NCBI GenBank assembly: GCA_024626585.2
Contig: JANKJI020000004.1
Span: 95,833,510 to 95,857,034 of the forward strand
Length of the DNA stretch: 23,525 bases
Direction of reading: 5' to 3'
DNA from: Ginkgo biloba
Lineage: Eukaryota > Plantae > Ginkgophyta
Shown here one piece after another: positions 1 to 9,647 of the stretch (its first letter is position 1; each line of letters begins with the position of its first letter). The position numbers and the translations under genes are program-made. A model generated the notes under the pieces. It made no database searches. It saw only the letters and a program-made list of their open reading frames with translations, and was not told the origin of the DNA.

Positions 1-256
1 TGTATCTATTGTAAGAGGGTGATCAATCCTCTAATAGCATCCTAGGTCTCCTAAATAACTTTTTTAATCTTCTTCTACTATCTCCTCAACTATCTTATAA
101 CAATTTATATCCCATTTTCTCGATCCTTAAGAGTGCCTTCTTCATAGCCCTCTAACTCAGTATCCTCCTTATAAAATAAAGGATTCTCTTTGGGTGGAAT
201 TTTCTCTCCTCCCCTCTACTTTGTGTCCTCTTTCAAATTTGTCTCTAAGTATGCAT
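1..256 (-). pseudogene. gag: Degenerate N-terminal gag of a CRM-like LTR element (same family as 16466-18340)
   Basis: Reverse complement matches ~16590-16740, e.g. gagggctatgaagaaggcactcttaaggat vs gagaggtatgaagagggtactctcaaagat, and gatcaccctcttacaatagataca vs gatcaccctcatgcaatagataca. It lies downstream of the minus-strand PBS at 413-424 and contains in-frame stops. Confidence 0.7.
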
Positions 257-412
257 GTCTAGATGTACTCTAGGCGGAAACCAAATAAAAGAAGTAGAAA
301 ACTTGGAATTGAAGCAAAAATGGATAAATTGAATTTATTATCCAATAAAACACAATCATATAAAATGATACTTGAAAAAAAAAGAGGTAAAATTTATCAG
401 AACCAAGCTTAG

Positions 413-424
413 GCTTTGATACCA
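413..424 (-). promoter_or_regulatory. Primer binding site complementary to tRNA-iMet 3' end
   Basis: Minus strand reads ...gtacaaCA-tt-TGGTATCAAAGC (canonical TGGTATCAGAGC), 2 nt after an LTR CA end. Confidence 0.85.
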
Positions 425-426
425 AA

Positions 427-875
427 TGTTGTACCTACTCAATATGAGTATAAAGGAATGNNNNNNNNNNNNNNNNNNNNNNNNNNNNNNNNNNNNNNNN
501 NNNNNNNNNNNNNNNNNNNNNNNNNNNNNNNNGAAAAGAGGCTCTATGTCCTTTTATACAGATTCTAAATCTTCTATGCGGCTAGTTTCTTGGGCACCAT
601 GTATGTGTGCATGGCATATCAATAATTATATTAGCACGTGCTCACAGAGTGCACATTTTTATGATACTGCATCTTCGCACGTGCTTAGTGCACACAAACA
701 TAGTTCCTAAGAAAGTAGCCTTACAAAATATTCAAAATCTGTCCAGAAGGTCAGAGATCCTATTTTCTAGTATTATGATAATTCTAGAGTTGATTAGCCC
801 CTTGGTTCAACACCAAATTACTTTCACAATGCGTTGAAGCTCACTTCTTCATACTCCTACTGAGTGGGTACATCA
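427..875 (-). mobile_element. 5' LTR (includes a 72-N gap) with 34-bp imperfect terminal inverted repeats
   Basis: Minus strand starts TGATGTACCC at 875 and ends GTACAACA at 427, followed by the PBS. TATA-like tataaaagg near 550-558. Internal similarity (tgtgtgcac.agca.gt) to the LTRs at 13850, 15525 and 18345. Confidence 0.65.
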
Positions 876-1347
876 TGCTCTTGGATTCCACTATTCCCAC
901 CATTTTTTTGGATCATTATATCTCCATTCTATCCCTAATTCATAATATGACCTCATTTAGGTTTTTCTTATAGTTTCTTATCTATAAGATAACTCTTAAC
1001 CTACCTTACTACCNNNNNNNNNNNNNNNNNNNNNNNNNNNNNNNNNNNNNNNNNNNNNNNNNNNNNNNNNNNNNNNNNNNNNNNNNNNNNNNNNNNNNNN
1101 NNNNNNNNNNNNNNNNNNNNNNNNNNNNNNNNNNNNNNNNNNNNNNNNNNNNNNNNNNNNNNNNNNNNNNNNNNNNNNNNNNNNNNNNNNNNNNNNNNNN
1201 NNNNNNNNNNNNNNNNNNNNNNNNNNNNNNNNNNNNNNNNNNNNNNNNNNNNNNNNNNNNNNNNNNNNNNNNNNNNNNNNNNNNNNNNNNNNNNNNNNNN
1301 NNNNNNNNNNNNNNNNNNNNNNNNNNNNNNNNNNNNNNNNNNNNNNN

Positions 1348-2733
1348 TGTATAGTAGGAGAGAGATCCCCTTTTGCCCATATATCAAATCTAATATGATC
1401 TTTGTAAATCATATTTTTAATTTTTTGTAAGGACCCAAGTAGTCTCAACCCACAAGTAATTAATCCATATGCCTAACTCATCAATCTTCACTCTCTTTTC
1501 TTAATTTTAAATTGAAAATTATAGAGGGAGGGTTGTGTTTGATTATCACATTTGATTGAAGCATTGTATATACCTACATTTCATATTAATTTTATATTTA
1601 TTACTTCATATGGAGGCCCTCCTATGGTTCTAACCCAAGGTCCTTTTTTAGAGCCTCATTTATCAAATCTTGTCAGGGGTTCCATTGATCCCTCAAGCCT
1701 TCAAAGAAGGACCTTATTTTATTCATTCCCTGTTCTTATGGGTTCTACACCTATAATACTAGGGCATTACATATTGATAAGAAAGAAATCAATGAATTGA
1801 AAATCTTTATGTTTTAGTTTTGGAGAATTGGAAAGAAAACACTGAATCCTTTTCATTTTACTATGTAATGTAAGTACAAACACTTTCTACTATCATAAAC
1901 ATACCTTCAAGAGAACTTTACATGTGTTGAGGGACATCCTAACACCTCTCAATAATTTAAAAAATTTGATTAATGATCTCATTAGGAAGTCGCTTGTCAT
2001 ATAANNNNNNNNNNNNNNNNNNNNNNNNNNNNNNNNNNNNNNNTGAAGAAATCTACACTTTAATTAGAATAATAACTTCTCCTCCATATACTTATAAAAA
2101 TGGTGTGAATGTAGTAGATACCTTAGCAGTTATTTTATATGATTATAATGTCGAATAGATCTTAGTATGATAATCTTGATGATTATCATCAATTATCCAT
2201 TAAAGAATTATCTTCAATACTCTATTGAAATATTCCACTACTATTGGCTTAAGGGTAATAATATAAATTCTTTGAGTGATCAATGCCACATATATTAAAA
2301 ATTTTCTCCATCAACTCATTACTAAAATAAGTTCCACTATCTAAGATAATGGATAGTGGGATACCAAAATCTAGTGGCACTCTAGTTGAATATGGTTGTT
2401 TCATCATCATCCTCTCTACGAGCATGGCCTCATCCCACTTAATAAAATACTCAACTATTGTGATGATATGCTAATAACGAGTACCCATAAGTGACTTAAA
2501 TGGTCTAACAAAGTTAATATTGTATTTGGCAAAGGGGCCTACAATAATGGTGGGGATGAAATAGGGTCAAGGATGTGTGTTATATTTAAACAAATTATTA
2601 ATACCTTAAACAATAATTGATAACTTCACGATAATTCTTGATAAGTATAGGCTAATGTTAACCATCTTTAATAATCTTGGTTATTATTGTTAGTGCAGAG
2701 AAATGACTTTACATGAACTAGAATGATACTTAT
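1348..2733 (-). pseudogene. Degenerate Ty3/gypsy integrase (non-chromovirus Tat/Athila type), interrupted by a nested LTR
   Basis: Manual minus-strand translation shows a Zn-finger remnant (YHSSSC..HFSALT..KIIKDG), then PTIIVGPFAKYNINFVRPF...HIITIVEYFIKWDEAM, FGIPLSIILDSGTYFSNELM, YYP*AN..EYFNRVLKIIL, KVSTTFTPFL*VYGGE and KHKDFQ. A GPY-like remnant follows below 1425. Many stops and frameshifts. Confidence 0.9.
1426..1771. mobile_element. Probable solo LTR nested in the integrase C-terminus
   Basis: Ends TGTAAGGACCC...GGGCATTACA (TG..CA with inverted termini). Integrase similarity stops at 1772 and resumes below 1425. The TSD is degraded (ttttt vs tattg). Confidence 0.5.
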
Positions 2734-2833
2734 NNNNNNNNNNNNNNNNNNNNNNNNNNNNNNNNNNNNNNNNNNNNNNNNNNNNNNNNNNNNNNNNNNN
2801 NNNNNNNNNNNNNNNNNNNNNNNNNNNNNNNNN

Positions 2834-3268
2834 AAAGACTCTGCTAAAATTTGGTAAGGACAACAATAAAGCTTCTAGCAATATCCTTTTTAATAGCTCA
2901 AAGCTGCATTGTGTTGCATTCATCCATTGAAACATCTTTCCCTTGATGCATTCTATTTTAGGTGCTATGATCATGCTGAAGTTTCAAATAAACTTTCTAT
3001 AGAAGATTTCCAAGCCATAGAAGCTTCAGACTTCTGTTGTGCTTATGGGAACTAGCCACTCAACGAATGCCTTGACTTTCTCTTGGTCCATCTTTAAACC
3101 TTTATGTGACACGATGAAACCCAAATACTTCAATTCAGTCTATCCAAAACTACACTTATCGAGGTTCACGTATAACTTCTCTCATCAGAGTGTGATCAAA
3201 ACTTGCCCTAGGTGTTGTGTATGCTCTTCCCATGACCGACTATACACCAAGATGTCATCCAGGCATAT
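2834..3268 (-). pseudogene. Ty3/gypsy chromovirus (CRM-like) reverse transcriptase, C-terminal half up to the RNase H boundary
   Basis: Minus strand: (C)LDDILVYSRSWEEHTQHLGQVLITLMREKLYVNLDKCSFG*TELKYLGFIVSHKGLKMDQEKVKAFVEWLVP..TEV*SFYGL..FYRKFI*NFS.IIAPKIECIKGKMFQW...SFELLKRILLEALLLSLPNFSRVF. Confidence 0.92.
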
Positions 3269-3269
3269 T

Positions 3270-3484
3270 CAAGGATTTACTCGTGTTAGTGATGGATTGA
3301 AATATGTGGAGTCATATGAGTGGATCAAACTCAAAGAGCAATCTGCTATGGGATGCATTACTCACCATGCTCAAGACCACTTGGGAGAGGTCATGCTAAT
3401 TGATGTGGAAAAAGTTGGAGCACCAGTTTCAAAAGGGAGCAGTTTGGGAGAGGACATGCTGGTTGATCTGCTAGAAGTTGAAGC
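3270..3484 (+). pseudogene. GDCH: Glycine cleavage system H-protein fragment (intronless, truncated before the lipoyl-Lys, internally duplicated)
   Basis: [59 protein letters not shown] matches the plant H-protein consensus [58 protein letters not shown]. The AVESVKA motif is absent. Confidence 0.9.
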
Positions 3485-6374
3485 TCATAAATGATGCAAT
3501 AGAGCTATCCCATTGAGCGATCAGCCACATATCACAGTTGCTAGCCCAATGAGAAAATGAGTGAATCACATTTTTGTCTTGCCACACCAAGTAACACCAG
3601 CATCAGGTGGTAAATGGAAAACCTAAAAAAACATCCGTAGGGATGGGTTACCTCCATCTCATTGCAAAATAAAACATCGAAACTGCTGCTCCCTCGGCCA
3701 AGAAGGTGATAACATGGTTCGGCATCAAATGTTGCCTCTAGGAGATGCAACGGTTTAAATAATGACCCACCAGTTATGCTATGCAGTCGCAGCGATTCAA
3801 ATGGTTACGCCAAAGAAGACGTGCAATGATTCGATCCGTAGCTCACTCCACGTCAAGAAAATACGGTGCAACGATTCAAGAAAAGCTGTGGCTATTCAGA
3901 ACGACGAAAGTCGTAGCTATTCAGATAGGCAACGGAGAACGAGCAGGCGACGTCGTGTGAATCTACGGAATAGGGATAAAACACATCAATAAAAAAGGGG
4001 TGAAGTTTGCCATTTTATGATTAAGAGTAATAAATAAATGAATAAAATAATAAATAAATAGATAAGAGAAAACCTCCCACGGTTGTCATAGAGTAGCTGA
4101 GGGAGAGGGATGAAGCTTGAACACATGCTGCTAAGAGGGGACCACCAACCATACACCACAACAACCTTTGTAAATAGTAAAATTCCACAACAAATTGAGA
4201 ATGAATGAGACCCATTGCCATAGTAGAAAATACCCAAGTAGGAACTTCCCAAAGGAAACAACCGAAAGAGTTTCAAAATTAGATGCACAGAGATGAAAAG
4301 AGATAAGCAGTGCAACCATGTGATTCTCCATAAGCGCCACCCTCCAAATCCTAGGATGAGAAACACCTCCCTCATTCCTTTTGCTAGATCAATTCCTCCT
4401 CCAATCAATGATGCGCCCTTCAAGAACTGGCACCTGTTAGCTCGTTCCCCAATGCAAACTGAAAATGGGCAACACAAATCCCAAGGAAAATGTCTTGCGT
4501 GTCGTGTAACAACTAGGAAGTTCGAAGTTCTCTTTTAAAAATTAAATAAATTACTGTTCTTAATTTTGAAAAAAAACCCTAAAAATCTTACCTAAAAAAA
4601 TCTGGAAACTTCTAGGTGCAAGGTCATTTGATGAAATCAAAATCCTCTTTTGTCTTCTTCTTGTGTCACCTCCTTTGAATTCGAAATCGTCTCTNNNNNN
4701 NNNNNNNNNNNNNNNNNNNNNNNNNNNNNNNNNNNNNNNNNNNNNNNNNNNNNNNNNNNNNNNNNNNNNNNNNNNNNNNNNNNNNNNNNNNNNNAATTGA
4801 TGAAGGGTATTTGAGGGGATTAATTAATTGTCCCATGTATGTAAAATGTAAAAACTATAATGAATATGTGATAAAACTAGGTATTCAAAAGAAAAATGGG
4901 ATATAATAGAGATATAAAATAATTTAGTAACTATATATATATCCAAACCTTATAATGGCCAATATGAACCATTATTTTTAATGGTTTAGTGGGAACAATA
5001 CTCTCATCAATGAGAGTGGATGGATCAAAGATAATTATTTTATCAATTAAAGTTTCAAGCACCCTTAAGAGCTTCAATAATTATGACTTTTGATCAAGAA
5101 AATATCAAAAAAATTAAAGGATGAAAATGGTTGATGGGATAATAGCCAAATCCTCAGCTATATCAAAATGTCTAGGTTTTAAGAATTATTTGTTATGATA
5201 TAAAGGCTTAATGGATTGAGGCCTATTATGAGGAAATTATGTTGATGTCTAAGCCTTGGTATGCACAAAGAAGCACCAAATTAATTCATTCGGTACATGG
5301 AATAGTTCTCCTAGGCTTGGTCATTCGTTCATCTTATGGTAATCATGGCATCATCATTTATATTAACATGCATACTATCGATAGAAGTAGTTGGGTTAGG
5401 CCTATATGGCATATTTCTTATAGAAGGAATTGAATTCTTAGATCAGGAAAATAGAATCCATGTCATAGGTTAAGTCCATGATATTTATACAATGGGTGGA
5501 CTATTCATCTATGGTTGAGCTAGAATTTATAAAATATGTGCACCATAAGGAAATGAATATTATAGTATAAATGAATCATGCATTGATAAGGTGAATCATA
5601 CATGAATGAGACATAATTTATGTAAAGATAAAAAATGATTAATGATGGAGACAAGGTGGTTGTATAAAATATTCTCATTGATCAAGGATCAATACCCTAG
5701 ATAGATTTAAAACATTATCCCTTATCTTATTCACAAAAAATGATCATGCATGAGATGAATTCTATCAATGGATCAATAGCATGCAACATTATTTTAATAA
5801 TATTTTTCCATAATATGAATGACATAAATGAGCAAATCTTCTCAACAATCTTTGACAAAGTTTGATAATAAGATGTATTCCATAAATCAGAAGACACAAT
5901 GTCATCAAAGATTCTTCCTACCTCTTTGGATTGAGCATAAAGAGGTATTTATATGATAAATGAATCACAATGACCTTGATATAAAAGGGAATCTAACGAT
6001 ATAAGCTTATCCCAAGTCATGAGCCTACATGTGTAGAAATTTCAAATACAATACTAAATGTATAACCAAGGCATAATAACACATAGTTATGCATGTTAAT
6101 GGTGTGTACAAAGTCTGTGTGATAAGATAACATGATGTAAGTGGCCACATAATAGGATAACCATAGCCATGAATGAGTTATGTATAAGGGTAATGTGTAA
6201 ATAATATGATGCATGGAGGTAAGGATCATAATATGATATAAGTATGAGAAAAAATGACCTACAAGAGTTGCTAAAATAAGATATAGATCTCCATGAATGC
6301 AAGAAACAAATGAGATCATTATAAAAATAGGTAATGCAAATATATAGGTGTGAAAAATGGTTATAACACAAATC

Positions 6375-6770
6375 ATTATGAATGGTTTGTGGATATAATC
6401 CTTAAATATGATGCTAAGTTACTTATATTATAGGGAAAGATATCCAGATAGGTATTAATAGATGGTAAAGGATTTGTTGCATTAATAGACAATAACCTAA
6501 CATGATTAAAGTAGGATTTTTCAAATATTTTCTCATTCAAGATGATACCTAGTTGTTAGTTATAAACTATTTTTTGTGGTTTCTTANNNNNNNNNNNNNN
6601 NNNNNNNNNNNNNNNNNNNNNNNNNAAAATTTTAAAATTCAGAGATCCAAATATGCTTGTATTGGGGATGCATTATGTACGGAGTATGATCATCATATAT
6701 TACTCTATTGTAGGGATCAAACCTAAGCTTAAGAAATTCTAGAATAGTATTATTGACACTTCATTTTTAA
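6375..6770 (+). pseudogene. Very degenerate Tat-type RNase H to integrase N-terminal region
   Basis: From ~6629: KIQRSKYACIGDALCTEYDHHILLYCRDQT*A*EILE*Y, resembling K..KYVLIGDVLYRRG.DGILLRC.D..EA..ILEE.H. A weaker RNase H-like stretch (LKYDAKLLIL.G...MIP) lies upstream. Confidence 0.5.
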
Positions 6771-7040
6771 CAAGTCATACAATCATACAACAGGTGAAAG
6801 ATCATATTCATGACTCCATAGAAACACTTGGAAGTTCANNNNNNNNNNNNNNNNNNNNNNNNNNNNNNNNNNNNNNNNNNNNNNNNNNNNNNNNNNNNNN
6901 NNNNNNNNNNNNNNNNNNNNNNNNNNNNNNNNNNNNNNAAAAATGGCAACCACACTAGGGACATCCTAAATTTTTCAAGTTGCTCATTAGTCCAAGTATT
7001 GGTGAGTACTAGTAGTAAAACTATAAGGAGTCCATATACA

Positions 7041-8020
7041 TGATATTAAAGAGATCAAGGTGTGATACAAGCATTTTAATGGTCTCCTTAAGATAGAAAG
7101 AGAAAACAATCAATAATCAAAAGGGTACAAATCTATGAGGGATGGCCCACGGCCTAAAAATCAATCGCATATGGCATTATAAGGGAAATGACTTGTGGCT
7201 CTCAGCTCTCCCGATGGCTCTTGGCCTGTCAAATCCTTTGTCGTTCGTCACCCTTGGCAACTAGGTGCTCTCCCTTGCTCTAATTACTGTTCAAATTCTC
7301 TAAATTTTGGTAGCGTTCTGGCGCTTTTCCTTCAATCCTTGGTTGTCTGTTGCACATAAATTTCAACAACATTTTGATGCTCTGAACTCCTCTCTCATCG
7401 CTCTCTTCTTCGAGTGAGGTCAATTTATAACCTCCGATGCAACGGGTATGTGCCTCGGCTTCCAAACGCCTCCCCTACTCCAACAACTCTATTTGGTGAG
7501 CTTTTACTCCTACAATGACACTACCATTAATGCACTCCAAAGTGTCAAACCCATCCCGGTGTAATGGCTCGCTGTCCAAAAATATTTGAGCACTTACTTT
7601 GTCGGTTTGATCTTTCCTTAAGTTAATGTCTACATGGCCACCTTTTGGATGTTGTCTGCCTCCGATGAAGTCTATTGTCTCAACATCGACGTGGTTCCAA
7701 GTTGCTCCAAGAAGTTGACTCACATTCACCATTGTCTTCGACAATGTCAGTGAACTGATTCCGACGGTGTCGGTCAACTATTTCCAAGTCGTGTCAATCT
7801 TCCCACTGACGGGGCCTGATTTTTTCTCTCCGACGATGTCGATACTTGCTTTCCTGACGAGGTCGATCTTTCACTCCCCGATGGTGTCAGTCCTTCGCTC
7901 ATCGACGATGTCAGTCCTGACGCACACTGACGAGGTTGGTTTTACCTTCTCTGACACCCCTTCTCCTCCAACGACGGTGTCAACCATCTGACTCTGATGA
8001 AACTGGATGCTCCTACATCA
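7041..8020 (-). mobile_element. 3' LTR of a chromovirus (CpG-rich, relatively young); far end uncertain (7041 or 7063)
   Basis: Begins TGATGTAGG immediately after the PPT. TATA-like ggttataaattg at ~7421-7432. Candidate TATCA ends at 7041 and 7063. Confidence 0.7.
7740..7981. repeat. Array of ~11 GAC-N3-GTC pseudo-palindromes with ~24-bp period in the LTR U3
   Basis: Core starts at 7740, 7763, (7787), 7808, 7832, 7856, 7880, 7904, 7929, (7953), 7973. Confidence 0.8.
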
Positions 8021-8022
8021 AA

Positions 8023-8033
8023 CTCCCCTCCTT
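8023..8033 (-). promoter_or_regulatory. Polypurine tract
   Basis: Minus strand AAGGAGGGGAG-tt-TGATG, between the chromodomain and the LTR. Confidence 0.85.
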
Positions 8034-8172
8034 ATAGAAAGTTGTAGGTCCTCTTGCAAAACTTTCGCTCTGAACATCCGCTAAGCCTCCTCATTTAGGG
8101 TTTTCAGTTCTTCCTCTGAAATCCATGAACTGTCTTCATACGATAACCCTTCCCACTTCACCAAATACTTCT
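8034..8172 (-). pseudogene. Integrase C-terminal chromodomain of a Ty3/gypsy chromovirus
   Basis: Minus strand KYLVKWEGLSYEDSSWISEEELKTLNEEA*, the classic YLVKW.G....D.SW motif. Confidence 0.9.
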
Positions 8173-9214
8173 NNNNNNNNNNNNNNNNNNNNNNNNNNNN
8201 NNNNNNNNNNNNNNNNNNNNNNNNNNNNNNNNNNNNNNNNNNNNNNNNNNNNNNNNNNNNNNNNNNNNNNNNAAAAAGTACTATACAGACACAAAATTTG
8301 TTCTGGTTGCAGAAGGAAAAAATGCTAAGTACTGTTAGATATACCTTCTTTGAAAATTTTAGGTTATAAAAAAACTTTTTTCTTCTATTATGATCTTCAA
8401 ATGCCTAGCTTGCCTGATCTGATCCCAAAGAAAAAATATTACTCAAAAGAATCTGATCTTGAGTTGTAACATACCTGATTTCTAAAAATATATATGAAGT
8501 AGAAAAAAATAAACAAGCATACTATCTTCTATAAACCTAAAATCTTGTTAAGATGTTAACCTGCTATGAGGATTTTATGAATGTTAACATGAGATGTTAT
8601 TATTAATGTAGTGAAGATGGTTAGTTTATAGACCCATGAAGTGATAGAATATGATTTTAACTTATTTGTGAATGAGTAGGATAAACTTGTAGAAATCTAT
8701 AATGGTTAATATTGACCAAAATGCTTATTGTTACAAATGCAAAGAATCATAATTATAATTTATATGCCTATAATTTCCATAAAATATCCCATGAGGGACG
8801 AGCTTCTTTAACAATTCAAAATAGATGTGATATATATCAACATGAAGAGATTAATAATTGGTGGAAATATAAGTGTCATTGTGATAGGTCTACCACACCA
8901 TCGATAAGAGGTGGAATCAAGAGGTGAGACGAAGAATATGATGAAAGTAAAACCACCCAAGTATTATACCTTAGTCTTACTAAGAATGAGGCTTTTAGTA
9001 AAATAGAAGTTAATAAATTCATCCATTAAGAATCCTATAGGACTACGGGCGGCATGAATAATATCCAAAAATTGANNNNNNNNNNNNNNNNNNNNNNNNN
9101 NNNNNNNNNNNNNNNNNNNNNNAGTTATCAAAATAGTAGTGGAGGAGGTTTATAATTGGATCATCAGTACATCAATCGACTCAACAAATTATTTATATTA
9201 ATTGAACAAGTATG

Positions 9215-9647
9215 TGTTAAAAATAATGTTTAATTCCTACTCATTCTTTCTCTTAGTTGATTGATAAGTCAAATTAGGCAGATTCTCTCTAGAAGTTATA
9301 TTTCCATTCTTTCACTCTCACATTCGAGAACATGCACTTGTTGCAATTGTAGTCTCTCTCACATGCAAAGGCATGCATGAGTTATAACTGACATTTCCTT
9401 ATTCTTCTTATTCTTTTGCATTTGGCTAACACTCTCATTATTTTAATGAGTAGTGAGATTACTCTCAATAATACAATGTGTAATGGGCATCCCAACCATT
9501 GCAAGGAGAGTAAATTGTGAGGCATTTGTACATTTTTGTGATCTAATGTAAGAATTATTTTCTTGTAAATCATTGTGTACTCATGTTTTTTTATGTTGCT
9601 CTCATCTTGTGTTGTTTCACTCTGATTTTCCAATATAGTATTAGAGC
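9215..9647 (+). mobile_element. Copia-like 5' LTR (9215-9635) plus degenerate tRNA-iMet PBS (9636-9647)
   Basis: Starts TGTTAAAAAT and ends ATTTTCCAATA (decayed TGTTGGAAAAT/ATTTTCCAACA). Followed directly by TAGTATTAGAGC (2 mismatches to TGGTATCAGAGC). Confidence 0.6.

Noticed and set aside
996-1448. Long ORFs across an N run (also 12730-13411 and other X-rich ORFs)
   Set aside because: Open only because N codons contain no stops.
1348-3268. A single continuous minus-strand pol (RT-RH-INT)
   Set aside because: The RT is chromovirus-like and the integrase Tat/Athila-like, their decay levels differ, and the 100-N spacer is too short for RNase H.
3039-3494. Functional 151-aa H-protein gene
   Set aside because: The N-terminal half is antisense RT, the lipoyl-lysine motif and C-terminus are missing, and conserved residues are substituted.
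6017-6376. Hydrophobic 119-aa membrane-protein-like ORF
   Set aside because: Composition reflects T-rich decayed repeat DNA and no family motif is recognisable.
7740-7981. CRISPR-like repeat-spacer array
   Set aside because: Cores are only ~9-11 bp and degenerate, spacers ~15 bp, there are no cas genes, and it lies inside a plant LTR.
8095-8104. TTTAGGG telomere-like motif
   Set aside because: Single copy within chromodomain coding sequence, not an array.
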